From Alphaproteobacteria bacterium (GTDB lineage: Bacteria > Pseudomonadota > Alphaproteobacteria > GCA-2731375): DNA of 64,000 nucleotides. The notes under the pieces are model-generated. The model did not search any database, was not told the origin of the DNA, and saw only the letters and a list, made by a program, of their open reading frames with translations. The position numbers were made by a program, and so were the translations under genes. Positions within the stretch are counted from its first letter, which is position 1. Each line of letters begins with the position of its first letter. Positions 49,497 through 60,244 of this stretch are shown piece after piece. The stretch covers positions 160,001 to 224,000 of the forward strand of contig CBDDBZ010000031.1 of assembly GCA_965225945.1 (NCBI GenBank). Reading direction: 5' to 3'.

Positions 49497-50750
49497 TCAG
49501 TCGGCCTCGGCCCGGGCCGCCTCGGCCGCCCGGGCGGCATCCTTCGCCGCCATCCGCGCCTTCAACTGCTCCGGCGACAGGCGAACGATGTCCTCGTTCT
49601 GATGGCTGAAGATGTCGTAGCCCTCGGTCGCCAGCGCCTCCAACGCGATCGAACCGTCGAGCACGCCCGCCTTCCAGGCCGCGTGCTCGGCCTCGCCGGC
49701 GTGGAATTCCGGCATCACCTCCCGGGCGAAGAGTTCCAGGCTGTCGCAGATATCCTGGTGGCTGGTCTTGCCGGCCTGGTTCAGCAGGATCACCTGGTCG
49801 ACATGGGCCGCTTGATAGTGGCGGAGCTTGCGGCGAATGGTCTCGGGCGAGCCGATCATGCCGGCGGTCAGCGCCTGCTTCGCCTTGTCGGTCTTGCGCC
49901 AGTCCTGATACGCGTTCCAGAGGTTGCCGGTGCCCGGCGCGTCGACGCCCTTGCGGCCATAATACGAAAGCGCGAAGATGAAGAAGGTCCAGCCGGCGGC
50001 CTTCTCGATCGCCTCCTCGTCGCTCTCGGCGCACATGAAGCCGCTGACCATGGCGATGTTGGGGTTGATGGGGTAGTCGGCCAGCCGGTTCGGATTGTGC
50101 AGCAGTTCGTTATAATAACGGTGCACCCAGGCCAGGGCCGCCTCGGGCGAGACGAAGGTGAAGCCGAGCGCGCCGAGGCCCCATTCGCCGGCCTTGGCGA
50201 TGGTCTGGATGTTGGAGCAGGCGACCCAGAGCGGCGGGTGCGGCTTCTGATAGGGCTTGGGCACCACGTTGCGCGCGGGGAAATCATAATATTCGCCGTG
50301 GAACTCCCAACTATCGCGGGTGAACATCGGGATGATCGCGCGGACCGCCTCCTCCCAGCGGTCGCGCTTGTCGCGGACCCGAATGTTGAAGGGATGCAGT
50401 TCCGCCGGGCCGGCGCCTTCGCCCATGCCGAACTCGACCCGCCCGTTCGACAACAAATCGAGGGTGGCGACCCGCTCGGCCACCCGATGCGGCTGGTTGG
50501 TGGTGAGCTGGATGATGCCGTGGCCGAGGCGGATGCGCTCCGTCCGCTGGCTCGCCGCGCCGAGGAAGACCTCCGGCGCCGAGCAGTGGGAGTATTCCTC
50601 GAGGAAGTGATGCTCGACGCACCAGGCATAGTCGAAGCCGATCCTGTCCGCGAGCTCGATCTGGCTGAGCGAATTCGCCAGCAGATCCCGCTCGCTCTCG
50701 GAATTCCAGGGCCGTGGGATCTGGTGCTCGTAGAAAATGCCGAACTTCAT
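49497..50750 (-). CDS. LLM-class flavin-dependent oxidoreductase
   Basis: MKFGIFYEHQ, EHHFLEEYSH, AERVATLDLLSNGRVEFG, PKPYQKPHPPLW. Confidence 0.92.
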   Translation of the reverse strand: MKFGIFYEHQIPRPWNSESERDLLANSLSQIELADRIGFDYAWCVEHHFLEEYSHCSAPEVFLGAASQRTERIRLGHGIIQLTTNQPHRVAERVATLDLLSNGRVEFGMGEGAGPAELHPFNIRVRDKRDRWEEAVRAIIPMFTRDSWEFHGEYYDFPARNVVPKPYQKPHPPLWVACSNIQTIAKAGEWGLGALGFTFVSPEAALAWVHRYYNELLHNPNRLADYPINPNIAMVSGFMCAESDEEAIEKAAGWTFFIFALSYYGRKGVDAPGTGNLWNAYQDWRKTDKAKQALTAGMIGSPETIRRKLRHYQAAHVDQVILLNQAGKTSHQDICDSLELFAREVMPEFHAGEAEHAAWKAGVLDGSIALEALATEGYDIFSHQNEDIVRLSPEQLKARMAAKDAARAAEAARAEAD

Positions 50751-50909
50751 TCGGGACCGCTCCTCGGCGGGAAATGGGTCTGAACCGTCGCCGGACGGGC
50801 GCGCGGGCCTTCATAGCATTCTTTGCGGGCGCGCGGAATTCCCGCGCCGGCGCCGCGCGTTGGTCTATGTTGGCGCCATCTCGGAATCCGCTTGGGAAGG
50901 GAGGGAAAG

Positions 50910-51320
50910 ATGCATCTAACGGGTGGCTGCCTCTGCGGCGAAATTCGCTATGAATCGAGCGAGACGCCGATGAATGTGTTCTTTTGTCACTGCGAGGATT
51001 GCCGGCGTTCCGGCGGCAGCCTGCTGCATATGGGCGTGATGGTGCCGCGCGAGGGTTTCGAGATCACCCAGGGCACGCCCACGGCTTACCGTTCGGCGGC
51101 CGACAGCGGGCGCACCATCACCCGGAACTTTTGCGCCACCTGCGGCTCGGGCATCACCAACGAGTTGGAGCACGTGGCGAACGCGGTGGTCATCAAGGCC
51201 GGCACGCTGGACGACCCGAGCGCGATTGCGCCGACCTACGAGGTTTTCGTCGGCGGCCGCTCGCCCTGGGTCTCGACCGACGAAAGGCTGGAGAAATTCG
51301 AGAAGGGCCGTCTCGGTTAA
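50910..51320 (+). CDS. GFA (CENP-V) family protein
   Basis: GGCLCG, CHCEDCR, FCATCGS. Confidence 0.92.
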   Translation: MHLTGGCLCGEIRYESSETPMNVFFCHCEDCRRSGGSLLHMGVMVPREGFEITQGTPTAYRSAADSGRTITRNFCATCGSGITNELEHVANAVVIKAGTLDDPSAIAPTYEVFVGGRSPWVSTDERLEKFEKGRLG

Positions 51321-52390
51321 GACGCGATCGCACCGTCGGCGCGCCGCGCGCGGGGCCGGGTGTTGAGGCCGGCACGGAGCTCGGCCGCGGTCCAGCCCAA
51401 TTGGCCGTGGCGCCCGATGCCATGGCGAACAAGCGCCGCGTCGGCGAAGCGGCGGATATCGTCCATGTCGAACCAGATCCGGAGCAGGATTCGCTTGCGC
51501 GCCTCCGCTGCCACGACCTCGTGCGCGGCGCGGCCGTGCAGCACGGTGTAATTGTTGCAGAACTGGATGTCGCCCTCGTGGAAGGGAAACTCCAGGCGGT
51601 TCTCGAAGGCGATCTCGTCGACCAGATCGAAGATCGCCTCGTCCTCCGCCGCCATCGGCGCTTCCTTGCGCCGGGCCGCCGAGGTGATCCAGTTTCGGTT
51701 GTAGGGGCACGACACCACGCCGTCGGCTTGGCTGTAAAAGGGCACGAGATAGCCCGAGGTGGCGCTCTCGCCCGCGCCATGTTCGCCCATCCGGTCCCAT
51801 TCGAAACCCCGGTAGAGGCGGGCCAGCGCGTCGGGGCGGCGACGCAGAAGCTCGTTGTGGACGGTGAGGGAGCTGGCCAACCGGCTGGCCGGGTCGTCGG
51901 GCGCCTGGCGGACGCAGAGCAGCGAGACCACGTCCATCAGATCGACGTGGAGCTTCGTTTCCCTGGGCGAGCCGACGCCGCGCGTCCCCTACCGGGGCCG
52001 CCGCGCCCCGTCGGTCACGTAGTGGATCAAGCCACCCTCGCTATTTTGGCTGCGGCCGGTGCCGAGGTGGGCGCAGAGCCCCCAATAGAGGATCTCCAAC
52101 TCCTCGAGGGAATGGCGCTGGACGGGAAAGCCGCGCATCACAGCGAAGCCGCGTCCCTCGCGCAGCTCGGCGGCGAGGCGGGCGAGCCTCGGCGCCAGGT
52201 CGGGAAGCGGAAAATCGGATTTTCCGACATCCACCACTTCGAGGCCGCGGGCGCGGACCCGCGCCAAGGCGCGGCCCAGCTCCGCTCGCTCGCCGTCGTC
52301 CAGCGGGTATTCCCAGGCGCGATCGCTCTCCAGCTCAGGCCCGCGCCAGGCGCTGGCGTGGTCGATGTGGCGGCTATGAATTTCCGTCAT
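51317..52390 (-). pseudogene. TauD/TfdA family dioxygenase with a single in-frame TAG at 51989-51991
   Basis: AWRG..LREGRGFAV..QNSEG *GTRG..LHVD..NNYTVLHGR..RILLRIW, all in one frame. Confidence 0.85.
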
Positions 52391-52497
52391 GTCGCTCTCC
52401 CGCGCCCCTCTCGGCGCCGGCGCGGCGATTGCGCGCGCCGCGCCGTTGCCGCATCATCGCCGGACGCATCCCGCGTGACAATCGGAGGGAGGAGAAG

Positions 52498-53136
52498 ATG
52501 GCGAAACCGGTTCTGCACGGCCCCGGCTACAGCACCTATGTGCGCACGGCGCGCCTGGCACTGGAGGAGAAGGGCGTCGATTATGACCTGAACGAGATCA
52601 ACTTCATCGCCGACGGGATCCCGGACGACCACCTGGCGCGCCATCCCTTCGGCAAGGTGCCGGCCTTGAGCCACGGCGACTTCGAGGTTTACGAGACCGT
52701 GGCAATCGCGCGTTATATCGACGAGGCCTTCGACGGCCCCGCGCTGCAACCCTCGGACGCGGCCGGCCGGGCGCGGATGACCCAGGTGAGCGCCATCCTC
52801 GACAGCTACACTTACCCGACGGCGATCACCGGCGTCTTCATCCAGCGCGCGGTGATGCCGATGATCGGTGGCGAAACGGACAAGGCGGCGATCAGCGCGG
52901 CGCTGCCCGAGGCGGCCAAGGCCATGGGCGTGCTGAACGAGATGCTGGGCGAGCGCGACTATCTGGTGGGCGACGGCCTCACCATCGCCGACCTGCATCT
53001 GGTACCGATCTACGATTATTTTCGCCAGACCCCGGAAGGCGAGGGCGTGCTGGCCGAGACCCCGGCGCTCCGGCGCTGGTGGGACACCATGAGCCAGCGG
53101 GCCTCGGTGAACGCGACGACGCCGCAACTGGGCTGA
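52498..53136 (+). CDS. Glutathione S-transferase family protein
   Basis: STYVR, HPFGKVPAL, YETVAIARYIDE, TIADLHL. Confidence 0.93.
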   Translation: MAKPVLHGPGYSTYVRTARLALEEKGVDYDLNEINFIADGIPDDHLARHPFGKVPALSHGDFEVYETVAIARYIDEAFDGPALQPSDAAGRARMTQVSAILDSYTYPTAITGVFIQRAVMPMIGGETDKAAISAALPEAAKAMGVLNEMLGERDYLVGDGLTIADLHLVPIYDYFRQTPEGEGVLAETPALRRWWDTMSQRASVNATTPQLG

Positions 53137-53340
53137 TACCGGGGCGCCACGCTTCCGTAGCCTGGCGCAGGGTCAAATTCGCGTTGCGGCCCCCTGCGGG
53201 CCGACCTATTCTCGAAGCGGGAGAGGGACCGGTCCACCATTGGACGTCGCTCCCGGGGAGGCGCGTTGGCGTCAGGGCATTGTCGGGGGTCCGGCAAGGC
53301 GGAATGCCGGAGGACCGGCAATAGGGAAAGGATCGAAAAA

Positions 53341-54927
53341 ATGAGCTTTGGGAAAGCGCTGCTCGGCGCCCTGGCCGCGGTGCTGCTGGCGACGCCGTCG
53401 TTGGCGGCGGAAACCACCTTGGTGGTCGGCCTGAAGGCGGAGCCGTCGTCGATCGACCCGCACTATCACAACCTCGGCCCGAACAACTCGATGGCGACGC
53501 ACATTTTCTCGCGCCTGATCGAGCAGGACGCGAAGCAGCGCCTGACGCCGGGCCTGGCGACCTCGTGGAAGGCGATCAACGACACCACCTGGGAGTTCAA
53601 GCTGCGTAAGGGCGTAAAATTCACCGACGGCTCGGCCTTCGATGCCGACGACGTTCTCTTCACCGCCGAGCGGGCGCCCAACGTCCCCGCTTCGCCGTCG
53701 AGCTTCGGCATCTACCTCAAGGGCAAGACTTTCAAGAAGATCGATTCCCACACCGTGCAGATCTCGACCGCTCGCCCGCACCCGTTGATGCCGGTGGAGA
53801 TGTCCAACATTCACATCATCTCCAACGAGGTCGGCGACAAGGTCTCCACCTCCGACTTCAATTCCGGCAAGGCGGCACACGGCACCGGACCCTTCAAGTT
53901 CGTCGAGTGGGTGCCGAACGATCGGCTGGTGCTGGAGCGCAACGAAGATTATTTCGGCGAGAAGCCGGAATGGAAGAAGGTGATCTTCAAGCCGATCAAA
54001 TCCGGCCCGTCCCGCGTCGCGGCGCTGCTGGCGGGTGACGTCGACTTCATCGACAACGTACCGCCGATCGACATCGCGCGGCTGAAGAAGGAAGCCGGCG
54101 TGCAGTTGAGCCAGGGCATCTCCAACCGGGTGATCTACCTGCACATGGACCAGTTCCGCGAGGATTCGCCCTTCGTCAAGGCCAAGGGCGGCGGCAAGAT
54201 CAAGAACCCGCTGCTCGACGCCCGGGTGCGCAAGGCGCTCTCCATGGCGATCAACCGCGACGCCATCGTCGATCGGGTGATGGAAGGCGTTGCCATCAAG
54301 GCGGGCCAGCTTCTGCCCGAGGGCTTCTTCGCCGTCTCGTCGAAGCTGAAGCCCGAGGCTTACGATACCGCCGGAGCCAAGAAGTTGCTGGCCGAGGCCG
54401 GTTACGGCGATGGCTTCGAGATGACCATCCACGGACCCAACGACCGCTATATCAACGATGCGAAGATCGCCGAGGCGGTGGCCCAGATGATGAGCCGGAT
54501 CGGCATCAAGACCGCCGTCGAGACGATGCCGAAGGCGGTCTATTTCAAGCGCGCCAGCCGCGGCGGGCCAAACAAATCGCCGGAGTTCAGCTTCATCCTG
54601 GTGGGTTGGGGCTCGGGCACGGGCGAGCCGTCCTCGCCGCTGAAGTCGCTGCTGCACACTTACGATAAATCGAAGGGCTTCGGTTCCTCGAACCGCGGAC
54701 GTCACTCCGACGGGGAAATCGACAGGCTGATCGAGGATGCGCTGGCGACGGTCGACGACGACAAGCGGAGCGCCTTGCTGCAGAAGGCGACGGAGCTCGG
54801 CATCGGCCGCAATCAGGGGATCATTCCGCTGCACTACCAGGTGAACACCTGGGCCGGCAAGAAGGGTCTGGTCTACGAGGCCAGGACCGACGAGCGGACG
54901 ATGGCCATGGGCGTGCATAGCCAGTAA
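53341..54927 (+). CDS. ABC transporter substrate-binding protein (family 5, dipeptide/oligopeptide type)
   Basis: Signal peptide, SIDPHYH, PGLATSW, GTGPFKF, GPNDRY. Confidence 0.95.
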   Translation: MSFGKALLGALAAVLLATPSLAAETTLVVGLKAEPSSIDPHYHNLGPNNSMATHIFSRLIEQDAKQRLTPGLATSWKAINDTTWEFKLRKGVKFTDGSAFDADDVLFTAERAPNVPASPSSFGIYLKGKTFKKIDSHTVQISTARPHPLMPVEMSNIHIISNEVGDKVSTSDFNSGKAAHGTGPFKFVEWVPNDRLVLERNEDYFGEKPEWKKVIFKPIKSGPSRVAALLAGDVDFIDNVPPIDIARLKKEAGVQLSQGISNRVIYLHMDQFREDSPFVKAKGGGKIKNPLLDARVRKALSMAINRDAIVDRVMEGVAIKAGQLLPEGFFAVSSKLKPEAYDTAGAKKLLAEAGYGDGFEMTIHGPNDRYINDAKIAEAVAQMMSRIGIKTAVETMPKAVYFKRASRGGPNKSPEFSFILVGWGSGTGEPSSPLKSLLHTYDKSKGFGSSNRGRHSDGEIDRLIEDALATVDDDKRSALLQKATELGIGRNQGIIPLHYQVNTWAGKKGLVYEARTDERTMAMGVHSQ

Positions 54928-55002
54928 CCCTCGACGCGTTCCCGGGCGGAGCGCTTTCCCCGCCCGGGGCAGCCGTTCGGACAAGCTCTCGGGAGAGGCG
55001 CC

Positions 55003-55980
55003 ATCTCCGTCTTCGTGATCCGCCGCTTGCTGCAGAGTTCGATCGTCGTCGTGGTGATGTCGCTGCTGGTCTTCATCGGCGTCAACCTGGTCGGCGATCC
55101 GGTGGACATGCTGATCAATCCGGAGGCTGACCAGGCCGAGATCGAGCGCGTCATCCGCGACCTCGGGCTCGACCGGCCGGTGCACGAGCAGTACGGCTAC
55201 TTCGTCGTCAACGCGCTGCAGGGCAATCTGGGAAAGTCGTTCATCTATGGCGAGCCGGCTTTGTGGCTGATCGTGCAGCACATTCCGGCGACCCTGGAGC
55301 TGGCGGTGGCGGCGCTGCTGATGGCGATCGTCTTCGGCATCCCGCTCGGCGTCTACGCCGGCTTGAACCCGGAGTCCAAGACCGCCAAGACGATCATGGC
55401 GGGCTCGATCCTGGGCTTCAGCCTGCCGACCTTCTGGGTCGGCATCATGATGATCATGATCTTCGCGGTGCAGCTCGGAATCCTGCCCTCGACCGGGCGG
55501 GGCGAAACGGTCGAGGTGGCGGGCATCCATATGAGCTTCCTCACCGCCGACGGGCTTTCGCACCTCTTGCTGCCGGCGCTCAATCTCGCATTATTCAAGA
55601 TTTCCCTGGTGATCCGGCTGGCCCGCGCCGGCACCCGCGAGATCGTGCATCAGGACTACATCAAGTTCGCCCGGGCCAAGGGCCTGCGTCAGGGCCGCAT
55701 CATCATGGTGCATCTGATGAAGAACATCATGATCCCGGTGGTGACGGTGCTGGGGCTGGAGTTCGGCGGCCTGGTCGCCTTCTCGACGGTGACCGAGACG
55801 GTGTTCGCCTGGCCGGGCATGGGCAAGCTGATCATCGACTCGATCCACAACCTCGACCGGCCGGTGGTGGTGGCCTATCTGATGATCGTCGTACTGCTCT
55901 TCGTCACCATCAATCTGGTGGTCGACATCCTCTATTCCGTGCTCGATCCCCGAGTGCGCCTGCGGGACCAGAAAGCATGA
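55003..55980 (+). CDS. ABC transporter permease (DppB-like); SD-aligned start is ATC 55003, next in-frame start GTG 55015
   Basis: GDP, LGLDRP, PATLEL, DYIKFARAKG, ETVFAWPGMG, DPR. Confidence 0.93.
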   Translation: MSVFVIRRLLQSSIVVVVMSLLVFIGVNLVGDPVDMLINPEADQAEIERVIRDLGLDRPVHEQYGYFVVNALQGNLGKSFIYGEPALWLIVQHIPATLELAVAALLMAIVFGIPLGVYAGLNPESKTAKTIMAGSILGFSLPTFWVGIMMIMIFAVQLGILPSTGRGETVEVAGIHMSFLTADGLSHLLLPALNLALFKISLVIRLARAGTREIVHQDYIKFARAKGLRQGRIIMVHLMKNIMIPVVTVLGLEFGGLVAFSTVTETVFAWPGMGKLIIDSIHNLDRPVVVAYLMIVVLLFVTINLVVDILYSVLDPRVRLRDQKA

Positions 55981-56909
55981 CTGCCGAGGTCCACGAACGC
56001 CTGCCCGCGATCGAGGCGGCGGCGCCCAAGGCCGGCGTCGAGACGCCGTTCCGCCGCTTCGTCTCCGACTACACCGACAGCCGCCTGGCAACGGGCGCCG
56101 TGGTTTTCTTTCTGCTGATCGCCCTGATCGCCGTCCTCGCGCCGTGGCTGGCGCCGACCGATCCTTATGATTTGGCGCAGGTGAGCGTGCTCGATTCCAA
56201 CCTGCCGCCGGGCACCGAGAGCGCCCAGGGCACGACCTTCTGGCTGGGCACCGACGGCGCCGGCCGGGATCTCTTGAGCGCGATCATGTACGGGCTCCGC
56301 ATCTCGCTCGGCGTCGGCGTCGCCAGCGGCCTGATCGCCATGACCATCGGCTGCGTCGTCGGTCTGACGGCGGCCTATGTCGGCGGGCGGACCGACAGCG
56401 TGGTCATGCGCATCGTCGACATCCAGTTGAGCTTCCCGGCCATTCTGGTGGCGCTGATCTTGCTGGCGATCCTGGGCAAGGGGGTCGACAAGATCGTGAT
56501 CGCGCTGGTCTGCGTGCAATGGGCCTATTACGCCCGCACGGTCAGGGCGAGCGCGCTGGTCGAGCGGAGCAAGGAATACGTCGAGGCGGCGACCTGCCTC
56601 GCCCTCGGGCACCGGCGGATCGTCTTCCGCCATATCCTGCCGAACTGCCTGCCGCCGATGATCGTGGTGGTGACGTTGCAGACCGCGCACGCGATTTCGC
56701 TGGAGGCGACGCTGAGCTTCCTCGGCGTCGGGCTGCCGATCACCGAGCCCTCGCTTGGCCTGCTGATCGCCAACGGCTTCGATTACATGCTGAGCCACAA
56801 GTATTGGATTTCGATCTTCCCCGGCGTCGCCCTGCTGTTCACCATCGTCACCATCAACCTGGTCGGCGATCAGTTGCGCGACGTGCTGAACCCGCGTCTG
56901 CAAAGGTGA
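55977..56909 (+). CDS. ABC transporter permease (DppC-like)
   Basis: LGTDGAGRD, EYVEAA, HILPN, LSFLGVG, NLVGDQLRD. Confidence 0.95.
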   Translation: MTAEVHERLPAIEAAAPKAGVETPFRRFVSDYTDSRLATGAVVFFLLIALIAVLAPWLAPTDPYDLAQVSVLDSNLPPGTESAQGTTFWLGTDGAGRDLLSAIMYGLRISLGVGVASGLIAMTIGCVVGLTAAYVGGRTDSVVMRIVDIQLSFPAILVALILLAILGKGVDKIVIALVCVQWAYYARTVRASALVERSKEYVEAATCLALGHRRIVFRHILPNCLPPMIVVVTLQTAHAISLEATLSFLGVGLPITEPSLGLLIANGFDYMLSHKYWISIFPGVALLFTIVTINLVGDQLRDVLNPRLQR

Positions 56910-57910
56910 CGTTGAACCAACCGACAAAAACTCCGGCCGCCCCGACGCTCGAGGTCCGCGATCTCAGGACCCATTTCCTGACCAAGGCGGGCGCGGTGAA
57001 GGCCGTCGACGGCATCAGTTTCGAGGTCACCAAGGGCCGGATCCTGGGCCTGGTGGGGGAATCTGGTTGCGGCAAGTCGGTTACCGGCTTCTCCATCCTC
57101 GGCCTCGTCGATCCGCCCGGCCGGGTGGTCGGCGGCGAGATCCGCTTCAACGGCGAGAACCTGCTGGGGCTCGACGACGAGCGGATGCGCCAGCTCCGCG
57201 GCAACCGCATCGCGATGATCTTCCAGGATCCGATGATGACGCTCAATCCGGTGCTCAGGATCGACACCCAAATGGTCGAGACCGTGCGGGCGCACTACGA
57301 CGTCGACCGGGCGAGCGCGCTGGAGCGCGCCCGCGAGACGCTGGGGCGCGTCGGCATCCCCTCGCCCGAGGAGCGGCTCCACGCCTACCCGCATCAGTTC
57401 TCGGGCGGCATGCGTCAACGGGTCGCCATCGCCATCGCGCTGCTGAACGAGCCGGACCTGATCATCGCTGACGAGCCGACCACGGCGCTCGACGTCACGA
57501 TTCAGGGCCAGATCCTGTTCGAGGCGCAGAAGCTCTGCCGCGAGAGCGGGACGGCGATGATCTGGATCACCCACGATCTCGCCGTCGTCGCCGGCCTGGC
57601 GGACGAGATCTGCGTGATGTACGCCGGGCGCATCGTCGAGAAGGGCACCGTCGACGAGGTATTGGACCGCCCGATCCATCCCTATACCCGTGGCCTGATC
57701 GGCTCGGTGCCGAGCCACAACAGCCGGGGCGGCCGGCTGTCCCAGATACCGGGGATGACGCCCTCGTTGCTGAACCTGCCGCCCGGCTGCGCCTTCCGCG
57801 AGCGCTGCCCCCGCGCCGACGAGGCCTGCCTGGTCGAGCCCGAAATCACGATTCCGGCACACCGCCGGGAGGTCCGTTGTTTCCATCCCCACCTGGAGGC
57901 GAGGCCATGA
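56906..57910 (+). CDS. ABC transporter ATPase (DppD-like)
   Basis: GESGCGKS, FSGGMRQR, ADEPTTALD, HPYT, C-terminal Cys cluster. Confidence 0.95.
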   Translation: MTLNQPTKTPAAPTLEVRDLRTHFLTKAGAVKAVDGISFEVTKGRILGLVGESGCGKSVTGFSILGLVDPPGRVVGGEIRFNGENLLGLDDERMRQLRGNRIAMIFQDPMMTLNPVLRIDTQMVETVRAHYDVDRASALERARETLGRVGIPSPEERLHAYPHQFSGGMRQRVAIAIALLNEPDLIIADEPTTALDVTIQGQILFEAQKLCRESGTAMIWITHDLAVVAGLADEICVMYAGRIVEKGTVDEVLDRPIHPYTRGLIGSVPSHNSRGGRLSQIPGMTPSLLNLPPGCAFRERCPRADEACLVEPEITIPAHRREVRCFHPHLEARP

Positions 57911-58917
57911 GCGCGCCGGTGGCGATGATCGAGACCCGCCATGTGGTCAAGCGCTTCGTCAAGACGCTGGATCTCGCGGGCCGAATTGCCTCAGCTCTCG
58001 GCGCCGACGTCACCGAAGAGGTGGTGCATGCGGTGGATGACGTCTCGATCCGGGTGCGCCGGGGCGAGGTGGTCGGCCTGGTGGGCGAGTCCGGTTGCGG
58101 CAAGTCGACGCTCGGGCGGATGATCGCCGGCATCCTGGCGCCGAGCGAGGGCGCGGTGCTGCACGAGGGCCGCGAGGTGGCGGGTCTGGAGGGCCGCGAG
58201 GCGCGCGAGGTCGCGCTCAAGGTGCAGATGATTTTCCAGGACCCCTTCGCCTCGCTGAACCCCCGGATGCGGGTGGCGGACATCGTCGGCGAGGCGCCTC
58301 GGGCGCACGGTATCGTCGAGAAGGCGGCGCTGGCTGATTATGTCGACGACGTCTTGCGCCGGGTCGGTCTCGACCCGGCGTTCAAGCGGCGCTACCCGCA
58401 CCAGTTCTCGGGCGGCCAGCGCCAACGCATCGGCATCGCCCGGGCGCTTGCGGTGAAGCCCGAATTCCTGGTCTGCGACGAGGCGATCGCCGCGCTCGAC
58501 GTCTCGATCCAGGCCCAGGTGTTGAATCTGTTCATGGACCTGCGCGAGGATCTCGATCTCACCTATCTCTTCATCAGCCACGATCTTTCGGTGGTCGAGC
58601 ACATCTCGGACCGCGTGGTGATCATGTATTTGGGCCGCGTCGTCGAGATCGCGGGAACCGAGGCGCTGTTCGAGGCCCCGAACCATCCCTATACCCGGGC
58701 GCTCCTGGCCGAGGTGCCGAAGCTCGACCTCCGCCGCCGCGACTACGAGCCGGTGAAGGGCGAGATTCCCTCGCCGCTGAACCCGCCCACGGGCTGTCAT
58801 TTCCATCCCCGCTGCCCCCGGGCGGGACCGCGATGTAGCTTCGAGGCGCCGGCGCTGATCGAAATCGGCGACGAACGCTGGTCCGCCTGCCACCTGAACG
58901 ACGGCGGCGTCGGCTGA
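57907..58917 (+). CDS. ABC transporter ATPase (DppF-like)
   Basis: GESGCGKST, FSGGQRQRI, CDE..ALDVS, GCHFHPRCP. Confidence 0.95.
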   Translation: MSAPVAMIETRHVVKRFVKTLDLAGRIASALGADVTEEVVHAVDDVSIRVRRGEVVGLVGESGCGKSTLGRMIAGILAPSEGAVLHEGREVAGLEGREAREVALKVQMIFQDPFASLNPRMRVADIVGEAPRAHGIVEKAALADYVDDVLRRVGLDPAFKRRYPHQFSGGQRQRIGIARALAVKPEFLVCDEAIAALDVSIQAQVLNLFMDLREDLDLTYLFISHDLSVVEHISDRVVIMYLGRVVEIAGTEALFEAPNHPYTRALLAEVPKLDLRRRDYEPVKGEIPSPLNPPTGCHFHPRCPRAGPRCSFEAPALIEIGDERWSACHLNDGGVG

Positions 58918-59013
58918 CGCCACGGCCGTCCAGCGCCGCGCCGGCCGGCCGGGAGGGGCCGAAGATCACGCCGCCCTGGATCGCGACGCTTCGTTCGGAA
59001 ACGAGCTTCCGGC

Positions 59014-59379
59014 TCATCTCGCCTCGCCCTGGCGCTCAATCCGGCGCAGGAGATCGCTGATCAGCTCTGCCGGCAGGCCGTCGATCCGTTCCGCCAGTCG
59101 GTTGGCCAGCAACGTCGCCTCGGGCGTGAGGCCGGCGGTGTCCAACACCACCCGGGGGTGCGAGAGCCGCGCCAGCTCGCGCACCTCGTCGGCCTCGTCC
59201 CAGATGATGTTGAAATAAGCGCAGATCTGGTCGACCAGGATCGGCGAGGCGCGGCCCCGGTGACCGTGCTCCAGCGCCGAAAGATAGGCCGGCGAGAGCT
59301 GCAGCTCGCGCGCCATGTCCTTCAGCCTGACACCCTTGGCCCGGCGCAGCTCGCGAACCTTGCGCCCAAAGGGGGTCAC
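59014..59379 (-). CDS. XRE-family HTH regulator
   Basis: TPFGRKVRELR..MA..SPAYLSALEHG, FNIIWDEA, SHPRVVLDTAGL. Confidence 0.9.
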   Translation of the reverse strand: MTPFGRKVRELRRAKGVRLKDMARELQLSPAYLSALEHGHRGRASPILVDQICAYFNIIWDEADEVRELARLSHPRVVLDTAGLTPEATLLANRLAERIDGLPAELISDLLRRIERQGEAR

Positions 59380-60239
59380 GTGTCCTCTCCGAGGAAATCC
59401 AGCAGCATCTCGAGCAGCCGCTCCGGCGCCTCCTCCGCGAGCCAATGGCCGGCGCCCGCCACCGAGCCGCCGCGAACGTCGGTGGCGACACGTTCGAGGG
59501 AGTCCCGGCACAGCTCGCCCCGCCCCATGCCCTCGGCGCCGCCGAGCGCCAGCACCGGCATCGCCAACTTGCGCTCGGCGATCGAGGCGACGTTGTCGGC
59601 GATGTCCTGGGGGATGGCGCGGTAATAGGCGAAACCGGCCACCATGGCGCCGGGTTGGCTATAGCAACGGAGGTATTCCGCCACCGCGTCTTCGGGAACC
59701 ACGCCCGGCCGGGCCCCGAAAGAATCGTAAAAGTAATTGAGATAGGCCTCTTCGCGGCCCTCGGTCAGGATCTCGGGCAACTCGGGCGTCCGGTGGAAGC
59801 CGTGATGCCAGCGCCCGCCCGAGGTCGAGAACAGCTCGGAGCCGTCGCCCGGAATCATCACGTCGAGGATCGCCAGCCGCCGCACCGCGTCCGAATGGTC
59901 CCATGCCAGCCGATAAGCGACCGGGCCGCCCCAGTCGTGCCCGACCAGGGAAAATCGCTCGATTCCCAAATGCTCGCTCGAGAGGCGCCAGATATCTCCC
60001 GCCACGGTCTTCTTGTCATAGCCGCCCGGGGGTCGACTGGAATCGCCCAGGCCCCGCATGTCGGGGGCGACGACCCAGTAGCGTTCGGCCAGCCTCGCCA
60101 TGATCGCTCGCCACTCGTACCAGGTCTGCGGGAAGCCGTGCAGCAGGACCACGACCTCCGGCCCCTCGCCACACTCGACATAGTGCAGCTCCACCTCGCC
60201 CAAATCGGCCCGATGGTGAGAGAAGTCCGCGCCGGTCAT
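59376..60239 (-). CDS. Alpha/beta hydrolase (epoxide hydrolase/dehalogenase-like)
   Basis: LLHGFP, PDMRGLGDS, VGHDWGG, AGHWLAEE. Confidence 0.92.
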   Translation of the reverse strand: MTGADFSHHRADLGEVELHYVECGEGPEVVVLLHGFPQTWYEWRAIMARLAERYWVVAPDMRGLGDSSRPPGGYDKKTVAGDIWRLSSEHLGIERFSLVGHDWGGPVAYRLAWDHSDAVRRLAILDVMIPGDGSELFSTSGGRWHHGFHRTPELPEILTEGREEAYLNYFYDSFGARPGVVPEDAVAEYLRCYSQPGAMVAGFAYYRAIPQDIADNVASIAERKLAMPVLALGGAEGMGRGELCRDSLERVATDVRGGSVAGAGHWLAEEAPERLLEMLLDFLGEDT

Positions 60240-60244
60240 CGCGC

